Source: an uncultured archaeon (GTDB taxonomy: Archaea; Iainarchaeota; Iainarchaeia; Iainarchaeales; JAGVWC01). From it: a stretch of DNA of 39,156 nt. The DNA is taken from assembly GCA_964402015.1 (NCBI GenBank), contig CAYOAS010000001.1, positions 1 to 39,156 on the forward strand. Reading direction: 5' to 3'. The notes beneath the pieces were generated by a model. That model ran no database searches. It had not been told where the DNA came from and saw nothing but the letters and a program-made list of their open reading frames with translations. The position numbers were made by a program, and so were the translations under genes. This document shows positions 7,630-15,427 of this stretch, one piece after another (within the stretch, counting starts at the first letter, position 1; every line of letters begins with the position of its first letter).

Positions 7630-7866
7630 TAGCCCCAGAGAGATTCGAACTCTCGTCCCAGGGTCTCTTCTCCAAAGCATCCAAAGTTTTTCTTTTTCTG
7701 GGGAATTTATCCCCTGTTTTTCTTTTGGAAAGCCCGTAGACTTTTCTCTTTGCGGGATTAAAGTCCCGCGGTTTTTCTTTTGGAAAGACCGTAGACTTTT
7801 CTTTTTCGCAAAAAGAAAAGGCTTGGATTCAAAGCCCTGTATCCTTGGCCACTAGACTATGGGGCT
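7630..7866 (-). tRNA. tRNA-Gln (anticodon UUG) with a 164-nt intron at the canonical 37/38 position
   Basis: Exon 1 is 7829-7866 (AGCCCCA acceptor, D-arm, CAGGG stem, loop CUUUGA). Exon 2 is 7630-7664 (A, CCCTG, GGAC, GAGAG-TTCGAAT-CTCTC, TGGGGCT, A). The intron is 7665-7828. Confidence 0.85.
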
Positions 7867-7916
7867 GCACGCAATCGCCGTGCACACGAAATATGTCGAA
7901 CCATCTGCGATGGTTC
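7867..7916 (-). repeat. Two-hairpin intergenic element, diverged copy abutting the tRNA-Gln 5' end
   Basis: Stem GCACG/CGTGC (7867-7883), linker containing AAATATG (7889-7895), perfect 8-bp stem GAACCATC/GATGGTTC (7898-7916). Same order and linker core as copies 2 and 3. Confidence 0.35.
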
Positions 7917-8023
7917 ATTAATATTCTTGAAAAGCGGGTTTTAAAAGCATTGTTTGTCAGAAATAATTATTGCCAGGGAAAGGCTTTTTAGGCTTTTTTT
8001 AGGGTTTTTTTATAGCTTATTTT

Positions 8024-8098
8024 GCGAGAGTAGCTTAGTCTGGCTGGAGCAGCCGGCTGATAACCGGCAGGTCGGCGGTTCGAATCCGCCCTTTCGCA
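8024..8098 (+). tRNA. tRNA-Ile (anticodon GAU), no intron
   Basis: GCGAGAG acceptor pairs with CTTTCGC. Anticodon arm is GCCGG-CTGATAA-CCGGC and T-arm is GGCGG-TTCGAAT-CCGCC. CCA is not encoded. Confidence 0.9.
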
Positions 8099-8127
8099 AT
8101 TTGAACAACATTATTGAAGTGGTGTGC

Positions 8128-8361
8128 ATGGGCTTGTTTGATTCTTTCAAAAAAAAAGAGGAAGAAAAAAAAGAAGTTTCGCCAGAAATGACTGAAGAGG
8201 AACGGCAAAAGGTTTTTGCAGAACAGGACAGGCCAAAAGGAAAATACAATGAAGCGTGCTCTGCTTGCGGCGGCGTTGGAACAGACAAAAAATGGATGGG
8301 GCAGTACTGGCACAAAAAATGTTTACGTCAATCAAGAAAAGCCGCGAAGGGAATGATTTGA
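8128..8361 (+). CDS. Small lysine/glutamate-rich protein with a CxxC...HxxC zinc-ribbon-like motif
   Basis: ATG at 8128 is just downstream of tRNA-Ile. The listed ORF from 7954 reads through the tRNA and was trimmed. Contains CSACGG and WHKKC. Confidence 0.45.
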   Translation: MGLFDSFKKKEEEKKEVSPEMTEEERQKVFAEQDRPKGKYNEACSACGGVGTDKKWMGQYWHKKCLRQSRKAAKGMI

Positions 8362-8366
8362 TTCTT

Positions 8367-8930
8367 TCAGATTTCTGAAAGCAGCTTGTCTATTTTTGCC
8401 TGTATTTCTTCAGGGCTTTCTTCAACCCACGCTTGTTTTTCACTTATTTTTTCTGAATAAATTTGCCTTGTTGCTGCGCGTTTTTGTTCAACAAGCCATT
8501 GCCATTTTTTATAAACTTCAAAGAGCTTTTTTTGCCGCATTCTTTTTGTTATAATATCTTGTTTAAATTTTGCAGGCAGTTTGTACGTATGGTCGAGCCA
8601 ATTGAGAGCTTCAAAGAATTTTCCCCTTGGTTTTAGCAATAGTTCGTTGATTTGTTCTTGCGAGACCTTTCTTTCTTGAGTTTCTAACAGTTGTTTTCGC
8701 ATTTCCCGAGCGTCAAGACTGCCTTTTCTTACAAGTGCAGCAAGCCTGCCAACGCTTTCTGGCCTGACACTGCTTTTTAATATCTGCCTGAATTCTGCAT
8801 CGGAGATTATCCTCGATTCCACAATTCCTTGAAAGTATTGCGCGTCCGGAAGATTCATCTTTTTTCTTTTTACTGCGTCGTCCAATACTGCCCAAAGATT
8901 GCTTTTTTGGGGTTTTTTGTATTGTGCCAT
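8367..8930 (-). CDS. Hypothetical protein
   Basis: 187-aa ORF lying 1 nt downstream of the glucokinase gene on the same strand. No recognisable motif. Confidence 0.55.
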   Translation of the reverse strand: MAQYKKPQKSNLWAVLDDAVKRKKMNLPDAQYFQGIVESRIISDAEFRQILKSSVRPESVGRLAALVRKGSLDAREMRKQLLETQERKVSQEQINELLLKPRGKFFEALNWLDHTYKLPAKFKQDIITKRMRQKKLFEVYKKWQWLVEQKRAATRQIYSEKISEKQAWVEESPEEIQAKIDKLLSEI

Positions 8931-8931
8931 G

Positions 8932-9852
8932 TCAATTCCATTTCATGTTTTTTTTAAATTTTTCTTTTGCTATTAATGCTGCGCCAATTGCTCCGCAAAA
9001 ATCGCCGAGTTTTGTGTGCACTATTTTTGTGTGTTCTGTTGTTTGTTTGACTGCTAATTGTTTCATTTTTTTTGTTGCAATCGGGTAAATCATTTTTGCG
9101 TTTGAAATTCCGCCGGCCAGAACAATCAAATCGGGATTGATTATGTTGCAAATGTTTGCCAAGCCAATGCCCAGGTTTTCTGCCATTTGCTTGTAGGTTT
9201 GCATTGCAACCTTGTCATGTTGCTCTGCAGCGTGTTGTACGGAAAGCGGGTCAAATTTTTTCAAAATAGTTTTGTGTTTGCTTGCAAATTGTTTTGCTGT
9301 TTTTTTGATGAAGGCAGCGTTTGCCATTGCTTCCAAGCAGCCATTGTTGCCGCAACCGCATTTGTAACCATGTTTGTCTATTGTCATGTGGCCTGCTTCT
9401 GTTGCGCCTGAAAACAGTTTTCCGTCAATTATTATGCCGCTTCCGATTCCGGTGCCGAGCGTGAGCAATACTAATCTTTTTGCTTTTTTTCTTTCTCCAA
9501 CACGGCTTTCTGCGAACGCTGCGGCTTTTGCATCGTTTTCCAGAATGGTTGGAACGCGAAATTTTTTTTGCACAATTTTTTTGATTTTTATTCTTTCCAA
9601 TTGGTGCAGGTTTGCTGCTCTTTCGACAAAGCTTTTTTTTTCGTTCAGCGTTCCTGCCAATGCGATGCCGATTGCTGAAATTTTTTTTCCTTTTGAAACC
9701 ACTGCAATTGCTTCAAGAATGCTTTTTAGCAATTTTTTGCTTTTTTTTGCTTTTGTTGGCATTTTTATGGAGCGCACTGTTTTTTTTTGTGAGTTTAGCA
9801 GGATTGCTTTTGTGTTTGTTCCGCCGATGTCCAAGCCGACAAAGTATTGCAT
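8932..9852 (-). CDS. ROK family glucokinase / sugar kinase
   Basis: DIGGTNTK ATP-binding motif and the ROK zinc motif CGCGNNGCLE. Confidence 0.8.
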   Translation of the reverse strand: MQYFVGLDIGGTNTKAILLNSQKKTVRSIKMPTKAKKSKKLLKSILEAIAVVSKGKKISAIGIALAGTLNEKKSFVERAANLHQLERIKIKKIVQKKFRVPTILENDAKAAAFAESRVGERKKAKRLVLLTLGTGIGSGIIIDGKLFSGATEAGHMTIDKHGYKCGCGNNGCLEAMANAAFIKKTAKQFASKHKTILKKFDPLSVQHAAEQHDKVAMQTYKQMAENLGIGLANICNIINPDLIVLAGGISNAKMIYPIATKKMKQLAVKQTTEHTKIVHTKLGDFCGAIGAALIAKEKFKKNMKWN

Positions 9853-9854
9853 TT

Positions 9855-10874
9855 TTATCCTTTTTTTTCTTTTAATTCTGTTTTGAGCGTTTCAATTAAC
9901 GGGTTGTCTGTTGGGTTTTCGTGGTTTAGCATTGCAAGATAGAATGATGTTAGGCTTTCGAGCCAGACAGCGTAAAGCGTGCGCGAGAGTAAAGAGTTTC
10001 CTTCGACAAAGATTTCGATTATTTTGAATTTTTTTTTCCATAATTGCTTGTATATTTCAAATCGTTGTGCAATGCGTTTTCTTTCTTTTTTGTCGCGCAA
10101 TAAAACAAACACTATTTTGTCTGCTCCGTGCAAAGCAACGATTTCGTTGTGGTTCATTTCTGGAAAAACTTGCGAGTGGCAGAATTGTTTGGAGTTTTCG
10201 TTTAGTTCAGTGCAGAACCTGTAACCAATTGTTGCAAATTCTGCTTGTGCATAAATTGCGGGAATTTTGTTTTGCAGTGCAATTGCAAGGTTTATTGCTG
10301 TTGTTTCAATTTTGTGCCTGTGCTTTTCAAGCGAGTGAATTGCTTCGTTGAGTTCGCGGTCTTTTTTCTTTATTAATCCCATTTCGCCAAAAATCATCAG
10401 CAATGGAGTGAAAAGATAACTGAAGCCAAGGCGCGGTTTTGGAAAAGCATTTGGCACTACAAGGCACCATGGGCATTTTTTGTATTTTTTTGCAATCATG
10501 CCGCCGGTTGTTATTGCAATTGTTGTTGCTTTTTTCTTTTTTGCTTCTTTGAGGCAGGAGATTGTTTCTTCGGTATTGCCGCTGTAGGAGACTGCTACAA
10601 CAAGCGAGTTTTTGCCTATAAAGGCGGGCAATTCGTAATCGTTTACTGTTTCTATTGGGATTTTTATTTCTTTTTTTACGAGGTTTTTCAGTACTGCGCC
10701 GCCAATGCCGCTGCCGCCCATTCCGCAGAGTGCAATGTTTGCAATTTTTTTGTTTTTTTGTGCCTTGAATTGTTTGCCAAAGAAGGCGCCTTCCAACAGG
10801 TTTTTTGGAAAAGAGCGCATATAGCGCAGCATTTTTTGTTTGTCATATTTTTCAATTAGAGTGTTCCAATCCAT
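9855..10874 (-). CDS. Bifunctional phosphoglucose/phosphomannose isomerase (SIS domain)
   Basis: GMGGSGIGG and VAVSYSGNTEET SIS motifs. The size (339 aa) is typical of archaeal PGI/PMI. Confidence 0.8.
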   Translation of the reverse strand: MDWNTLIEKYDKQKMLRYMRSFPKNLLEGAFFGKQFKAQKNKKIANIALCGMGGSGIGGAVLKNLVKKEIKIPIETVNDYELPAFIGKNSLVVAVSYSGNTEETISCLKEAKKKKATTIAITTGGMIAKKYKKCPWCLVVPNAFPKPRLGFSYLFTPLLMIFGEMGLIKKKDRELNEAIHSLEKHRHKIETTAINLAIALQNKIPAIYAQAEFATIGYRFCTELNENSKQFCHSQVFPEMNHNEIVALHGADKIVFVLLRDKKERKRIAQRFEIYKQLWKKKFKIIEIFVEGNSLLSRTLYAVWLESLTSFYLAMLNHENPTDNPLIETLKTELKEKKG

Positions 10875-10880
10875 TTTTTT

Positions 10881-12149
10881 TCACTTGCTTGCCACATTTT
10901 GTCCTTTTCTTGTTAAAAAGCCTTTCAGTGCAAAAGTCAAAATTGCAAGCGCGATTGCTATTATTGCTGCTGCAACAAATGATTCGAAAAGCCCGATTTT
11001 GTCAGCGAATGCCCCGAAAAACAATGGTCCCGCTGCTGCGCCAAGGCAGTATGCTGCGTTTGTTATTCCTGTTATTTCTCCAGATTCGTTTTTTGGCGCA
11101 AGGTCTGTTATCAAACCGTTTATTGCCGGTCCAACAATCGCAAGCGATGTGCCGAATAGGAAGCAAAAAAGTATGAATGCTGCAATGTTTGACGCAAAAA
11201 AGAAAACAAAGAAAAGAGAGATTGCAGTCAGCACCAAACCCGAAATTATTACTTTTGGTTTTCCTATCCTGTCGGTTATTTCTGAAAAGAAAAAGCAGAG
11301 AAGGAAAGGGACGTGCATGAGCGCATACAACAATAGTATTCCACTCAAGTCCATGCTGATTTTTTTTGCTGTTAATGGAATAAACACCATCAATAACTGG
11401 TAAAAAAATCCGCCGAAAAAAACAAGCAAGAGGCAATAAAAAGCGGATAATCCCAAAGAAAAAAAATCCATTAGTTCCCTTGTGCCAAGGCCGTCTTCTA
11501 TCAGGACTTCTTCCATCCCTTTGATTATTGTTTGCTCTTTTTTTTCGTGCAGCCTTATTCTCCAGACAAGCAATGCTGCGATTAGGGGGATTGGGAACAA
11601 AAAAAGGAATAATTGCCTGATTGTGAAAACCATTATGAGGAATGCCCCCACGATTGCGCCAGTGACATACGCAAAGTTAACTGCCGTGTTGTAAAAGCCG
11701 AATGTTTCCGCTGTCTTTTTTTCAGGGGAATTTTTCCTGATGAATGATTCTCCGGAAACCCAAACGAGTGTTGCTCCAATGCCGTTTAGTATTCGCGTGA
11801 CATTCAGTTGTATTATGTTTGTTGCCGTGAAATAAAACGCGCCGATTGCGGGATAAAGAAGAAAACCCAGCTGAACAAGTTTTGTTGCTTTTACCCTGTC
11901 TGACAGTGCGCCTGCCGGAATCGCCAGAAATAAAAGCACTATATTAAACAATGCAAAAATAACGCCTATTTCAAAATAGCTGCTGACAAAAGAGCTGAAA
12001 TAAATTGCCTGCAATGGTTCAAGAATTCCCCAGGCAATAGTGTAAACAAACAGCGCGAAAACAAGCATTCTTATTTTTGGTGGAATTCCAATAAAGTCCC
12101 GATTTATTATTTTTATAATGCCGTAAAAATATTTTGGGGTAATCTTCAC
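10881..12149 (-). CDS. MFS transporter
   Basis: 422 aa with about 12 hydrophobic helices and an LSDRVKATK loop motif. GTG start. Confidence 0.75.
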   Translation of the reverse strand: MKITPKYFYGIIKIINRDFIGIPPKIRMLVFALFVYTIAWGILEPLQAIYFSSFVSSYFEIGVIFALFNIVLLFLAIPAGALSDRVKATKLVQLGFLLYPAIGAFYFTATNIIQLNVTRILNGIGATLVWVSGESFIRKNSPEKKTAETFGFYNTAVNFAYVTGAIVGAFLIMVFTIRQLFLFLFPIPLIAALLVWRIRLHEKKEQTIIKGMEEVLIEDGLGTRELMDFFSLGLSAFYCLLLVFFGGFFYQLLMVFIPLTAKKISMDLSGILLLYALMHVPFLLCFFFSEITDRIGKPKVIISGLVLTAISLFFVFFFASNIAAFILFCFLFGTSLAIVGPAINGLITDLAPKNESGEITGITNAAYCLGAAAGPLFFGAFADKIGLFESFVAAAIIAIALAILTFALKGFLTRKGQNVASK

Positions 12150-12161
12150 TCAACAACACCT

Positions 12162-14036
12162 TTAGTTTTTTGATATTTCTTCTTTCAGAATCCTGCTTAT
12201 CTGCTTGCCGGAAGCCTTGCCCCGAAGCTCTTTCATCAGGTCGCCCATTAAAGCAGACATTGCGCCAAGCTTTTTTTCCGAAACAATTTTTTTGTTTGTT
12301 TCAATCACGCGCCTTGCTATGCCGCGGATTTCTTCTTCGCCCGCACTGCCGGCACAGCTTGCAGAAACAATTTCTTCAAGCCTTTTTTGCGGTTCCTTGC
12401 TCCATGCTCCAAGCAACTGCAAAACTATTTCTTTTGGAATCTCTTTTTTCTTTACTGCAAAGACAATCTTTTCAATCATTTCGTCGGAAATTTTTTCCAC
12501 TGCAACATTGCCGCGCTTTAACTGCACTAGCCCTTCAAGCAACAGCCATGCTGCAAATGTTGCATCTGCTCCTTTTGTGGCAAGCGATTCGAAAAAAATC
12601 GCGTTGTTGTCAAGCTTCATTTTTTCAGCAAGTTGTTCTGACAAGCAGAATTTTTTAATGTACAATTGCTTTCTTTGCTCCGGCCAGAGTGGCAGGTTAG
12701 CGGACAATTTTTTCATCAGTTTTGCATCAACAATGATTTCCTTCAAATCTGTTTCCGGATACATTCGTGCTGCTCCTGGCAATGGACGCTGGTATTCAGT
12801 ATTGCAGTTTTCCAAGGCACCCCTTGTTTCTTCCGGCACTCCTTTCAAAGCCTGCTTGCATCTCTCAACAATTACATTCAGTGCCTCTACTGCCTTTTGC
12901 TTTTCCGCACAAACCAAAACAAAGGCATCATTTGATTCCAACCCAAGCAATGTTGCAACACTGTTTTTTTCCTCTTCAGAAACACCATAAGCCGGCAATT
13001 CGTCGCTATGTAATATTCCCTGCAATCCAGTGCGCGCTTTTACATTAGAAGCAAGTTCTGTCCCGAAGCGCCTGTCTGGCTGTATTTCTTTCCCAACAAT
13101 TCCTGCAAAGCCCTTCAATTTTATGCCAAAAACCCTCTTGCCGCGCAAAAACTTGCACTCAGTATTTTCAAAGAAACTGCTTGCATCTGTTGGATCAAAA
13201 AACAAGTCCTTTTCGGAAATTCCGCGTTCCAGCAATTCTTTTTTTATTTGCACAAGCGAAAACTGCCTTTGCATTTCCCTTCGCACAAAATCGTCAATGA
13301 ACTCCAAATCCTGCACTCCTTTTATTTCAACTCGCGCTCCGTCCCTGATTGAAATGTTTATGTCCTGCCTGATTGTGCCTAAGCCGCGTTTTGCCTTGCC
13401 GGTAATCCTGAACATTGCGCCGATTGCAAGCGCTGCATTTTTTACCTCTTCGGGCGAAAACAATTCCGGCGCAGTAGCCAATTCAATCAATGGAATTCCC
13501 AGCCTGTCAAGCCTGTAAATTATTTCTTTTTCGCTTTTGCCCATTGGCCGTGCTGCGTCTTCTTCTACTGCAATTGTTTGAATGCCGATTTCCTTTCCTC
13601 CAATGTCCAGCCGCCCGCCAACGCCAACAAGCGCAGTGCGCTGGAAGCCAGAAGTATTGGAACCGTCAATCACTGCTTTTCTCATTACGACAATTTCATC
13701 CAACACTCTCGCTTTTGCAAGAATGCAGACAGTCAAAACAACTTGCAATGCACCAGGGTTAAGCGGCATCGGCGGTTCTTCATCCAATTCAATAAGGCAA
13801 TTCACTTCTTTGAATGCCTCGTAAACATACGACAAATTCTTGTTGAATGCCTCAAGCGCCGCGGCATCAAACTCGCCAAGCTCTGAAGCAACCGGCCGCA
13901 ATTTCCTCGCAATAATAAAATCCGGTTTTTCCTCTTTCAAAATGCCCGGGCAACGGCAAAACAATTTGCCGGTATCCAATTGCTGGTGGCACTCCAAACC
14001 AGCTTTCAAACCAATTGCCTTAAAATCAAAATCCAT
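12162..14036 (-). CDS. gatE: Glu-tRNA(Gln) amidotransferase subunit E (archaeal GatE)
   Basis: 624 aa. N-terminus GLKAGLECHQQLDTGKLFCRCP, an inserted AspRS-like domain and a GatB-like tail. Confidence 0.9.
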   Translation of the reverse strand: MDFDFKAIGLKAGLECHQQLDTGKLFCRCPGILKEEKPDFIIARKLRPVASELGEFDAAALEAFNKNLSYVYEAFKEVNCLIELDEEPPMPLNPGALQVVLTVCILAKARVLDEIVVMRKAVIDGSNTSGFQRTALVGVGGRLDIGGKEIGIQTIAVEEDAARPMGKSEKEIIYRLDRLGIPLIELATAPELFSPEEVKNAALAIGAMFRITGKAKRGLGTIRQDINISIRDGARVEIKGVQDLEFIDDFVRREMQRQFSLVQIKKELLERGISEKDLFFDPTDASSFFENTECKFLRGKRVFGIKLKGFAGIVGKEIQPDRRFGTELASNVKARTGLQGILHSDELPAYGVSEEEKNSVATLLGLESNDAFVLVCAEKQKAVEALNVIVERCKQALKGVPEETRGALENCNTEYQRPLPGAARMYPETDLKEIIVDAKLMKKLSANLPLWPEQRKQLYIKKFCLSEQLAEKMKLDNNAIFFESLATKGADATFAAWLLLEGLVQLKRGNVAVEKISDEMIEKIVFAVKKKEIPKEIVLQLLGAWSKEPQKRLEEIVSASCAGSAGEEEIRGIARRVIETNKKIVSEKKLGAMSALMGDLMKELRGKASGKQISRILKEEISKN

Positions 14037-14061
14037 AATTAACAGTCCAAAAAAATAACGA

Positions 14062-14268
14062 CTAAACCAATTTAACCATTTTGTTCCTGCCCCAAAATTC
14101 AGTGTTCACTGAATCGCCAAGATATTTTTCCAAGTATCTGCTTACAGTGCTCTTGTCCAGGCGCGCCTGCCTTGCCAATTCCCTGACCCACAATCCTTCG
14201 GGGTGCGCGCGCAGGGCGCGGAGCAATGCCTTGAGTTTTTTTTCATCAGCTGCTCTTTCCCGCGGCAT
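14062..14268 (-). CDS. Small winged-helix DNA-binding protein
   Basis: 68 aa with the HTH segment LWVRELARQARLDKSTVSRYLEKYL. A palindromic box lies between a TATA-like AATAAATA and its ATG. Confidence 0.55.
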   Translation of the reverse strand: MPRERAADEKKLKALLRALRAHPEGLWVRELARQARLDKSTVSRYLEKYLGDSVNTEFWGRNKMVKLV

Positions 14269-14278
14269 AATAATAAAT

Positions 14279-14292
14279 GAGACATTTGTCTC
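14279..14292. promoter_or_regulatory. Palindromic operator-like box GAGACATTTGTCTC (proximal copy)
   Basis: Perfect 6+2+6 palindrome 11-24 nt upstream of the ATG at 14268. The 18-mer TGAGACATTTGTCTCTAT (14278-14295) is repeated exactly at 14405-14422. Confidence 0.45.
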
Positions 14293-14405
14293 TATTTATT
14301 CTTTTCGCACGGAGCGCCTTTTTTGCCGGCCTCGCGATTTTGCCAAAAGGCAAAATGCGCCCATTTTGGGCTTTGCCCAAAATCGGGTTTCCAAGAAAAA
14401 ACCGT

Positions 14406-14419
14406 GAGACATTTGTCTC
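14406..14419. promoter_or_regulatory. Palindromic operator-like box GAGACATTTGTCTC (distal copy)
   Basis: Exact second copy, downstream (minus sense) of a TTTAAAAC TATA-like tract at about 14433-14441. Confidence 0.4.
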
Positions 14420-14435
14420 TATCTGGCCTTTTGTT

Positions 14436-14864
14436 TTAAACCAGTTTCTTTTCTGTTGCTTTGAGGAAATCTTCCGCATCAATTATTGCATTTTTTGCCT
14501 TTTCGGACGGAACAGTGAGGCCGTCGTATTGTGCGTTGTTTCTGAGTTGCCTGTAATTGTCAAGGATTTTGAGAAAATTGTGCAATTCTGTTTCAGCATA
14601 TTCCTTGAGCAGAAAAGCAATCAGGCAGTAATGGTTTCTTTCCTTGAAGCCTTTGTTGTAAAGCAATGCTCTTGCAGTATGGAACATTGCAGTGTATGCA
14701 GTGGTGAATGCAATGTCTGGCACGCCTGCCTTGAGAATTTTCTTTGCTTTCAAGATTAGCTGCTCTGCAAGGAGAAGGCTGTTTGTTATCTCTGTCTTGC
14801 CCGCGGATGTTTTTATTAACTGGCTTTTCTTAAAGCATTCTTCTATGCTACCCAACGAGTTCAC
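14436..14864 (-). CDS. HEPN domain protein (partner of the upstream nucleotidyltransferase)
   Basis: 142-aa all-helical protein with the HEPN-family pattern (ALLYNKGF...H, C-terminal R..AQY). Overlaps the MNT gene by 17 nt. Confidence 0.7.
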   Translation of the reverse strand: MNSLGSIEECFKKSQLIKTSAGKTEITNSLLLAEQLILKAKKILKAGVPDIAFTTAYTAMFHTARALLYNKGFKERNHYCLIAFLLKEYAETELHNFLKILDNYRQLRNNAQYDGLTVPSEKAKNAIIDAEDFLKATEKKLV

Positions 14865-15414
14865 TTCCTGCCAGAATTATGTGGTTTTTCAGGACTGATT
14901 CTGCAAAGCCGTTTTTTTCTTTCAGTTTTTGCCTCCATTGCGGCAAAGGCATTGCAATCGCATTGATTTCTCCAGTAAACACTTTTTTCAGGGCGTCATG
15001 TGCCTTCTGGGGCAGTTTTCGTTCATTGGAAATTATTAAGAGGTCAATGTCGCTGTTGCTGTCGTTTGTGCCTTTTGCATATGAGCCAAAGAGTGCAATG
15101 GTGTTGAAGCGCATTTCTTTTGCAGCTATTTCAATAAAGCCGCTTTCAAAAATCTTTGCAACCGAAAAGAATGCTTTGATTTGCCTTGACAGTGCATTGT
15201 CCTTGAGCCTGAAAAAAACAGCGTTTGCAGCCTTTTCCTTTTCAAGCAGGCCGGCCGAATGATAAAGTTTCAGGTAAATGTTTGCAGTTCTCGGGCTTAT
15301 CTTCAATTGTTTTGCCAAACCGTTGATATGTGTCTGTTTTTCCGGGTACTCTAGGAAAAACGACAAAACAGCCCAGCCCCTGAACTTTTGCCAATCCTGC
15401 AAAAAAGAAACCAT
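14848..15414 (-). CDS. Minimal nucleotidyltransferase (MNT) with an N-terminal wHTH domain
   Basis: LFGSYAKGTNDSNSDIDLLI matches the GSxxxG...DxD pol-beta NTase motif. The N-terminal segment INGLAKQLKISPRTANIYLKL is HTH-like. Confidence 0.8.
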   Translation of the reverse strand: MVSFLQDWQKFRGWAVLSFFLEYPEKQTHINGLAKQLKISPRTANIYLKLYHSAGLLEKEKAANAVFFRLKDNALSRQIKAFFSVAKIFESGFIEIAAKEMRFNTIALFGSYAKGTNDSNSDIDLLIISNERKLPQKAHDALKKVFTGEINAIAMPLPQWRQKLKEKNGFAESVLKNHIILAGSELVG

Positions 15415-15427
15415 AAATCAATAATAT

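Noticed and set aside
7716-7802. Possible mini-CRISPR, from the 32-nt direct repeat with 55-nt period
   Set aside because: There are only two copies, they lie inside a tRNA intron, the 23-nt spacer is itself a hairpin, and there are no cas genes or leader.
7336-7855. ORFs 7336..7680 (-) and 7559..7855 (+)
   Set aside because: They overlap mazF antisense, tRNA-Gln exon 2 and its intron. The translations are low-complexity and are explained by the tRNA gene.
7954-8127. N-terminal part of the listed ORF 7954..8361
   Set aside because: It reads straight through tRNA-Ile (8024-8098). The plausible CDS starts at the internal ATG 8128.
12170-13886. Many plus-strand ORFs of 80-260 aa inside gatE
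   Set aside because: These are shadow ORFs antisense to a confidently identified gene, and similar ones occur inside gatD, the ligase, the MTase and the Mtq2-like gene. The translations are Ser/Phe/Leu-rich and low-complexity.
14246-14759. ORFs 14277..14759 (+) and 14246..14482 (-)
   Set aside because: They run through the palindrome- and hairpin-rich spacer and antisense to the HEPN gene. Sequence composition is not protein-like.
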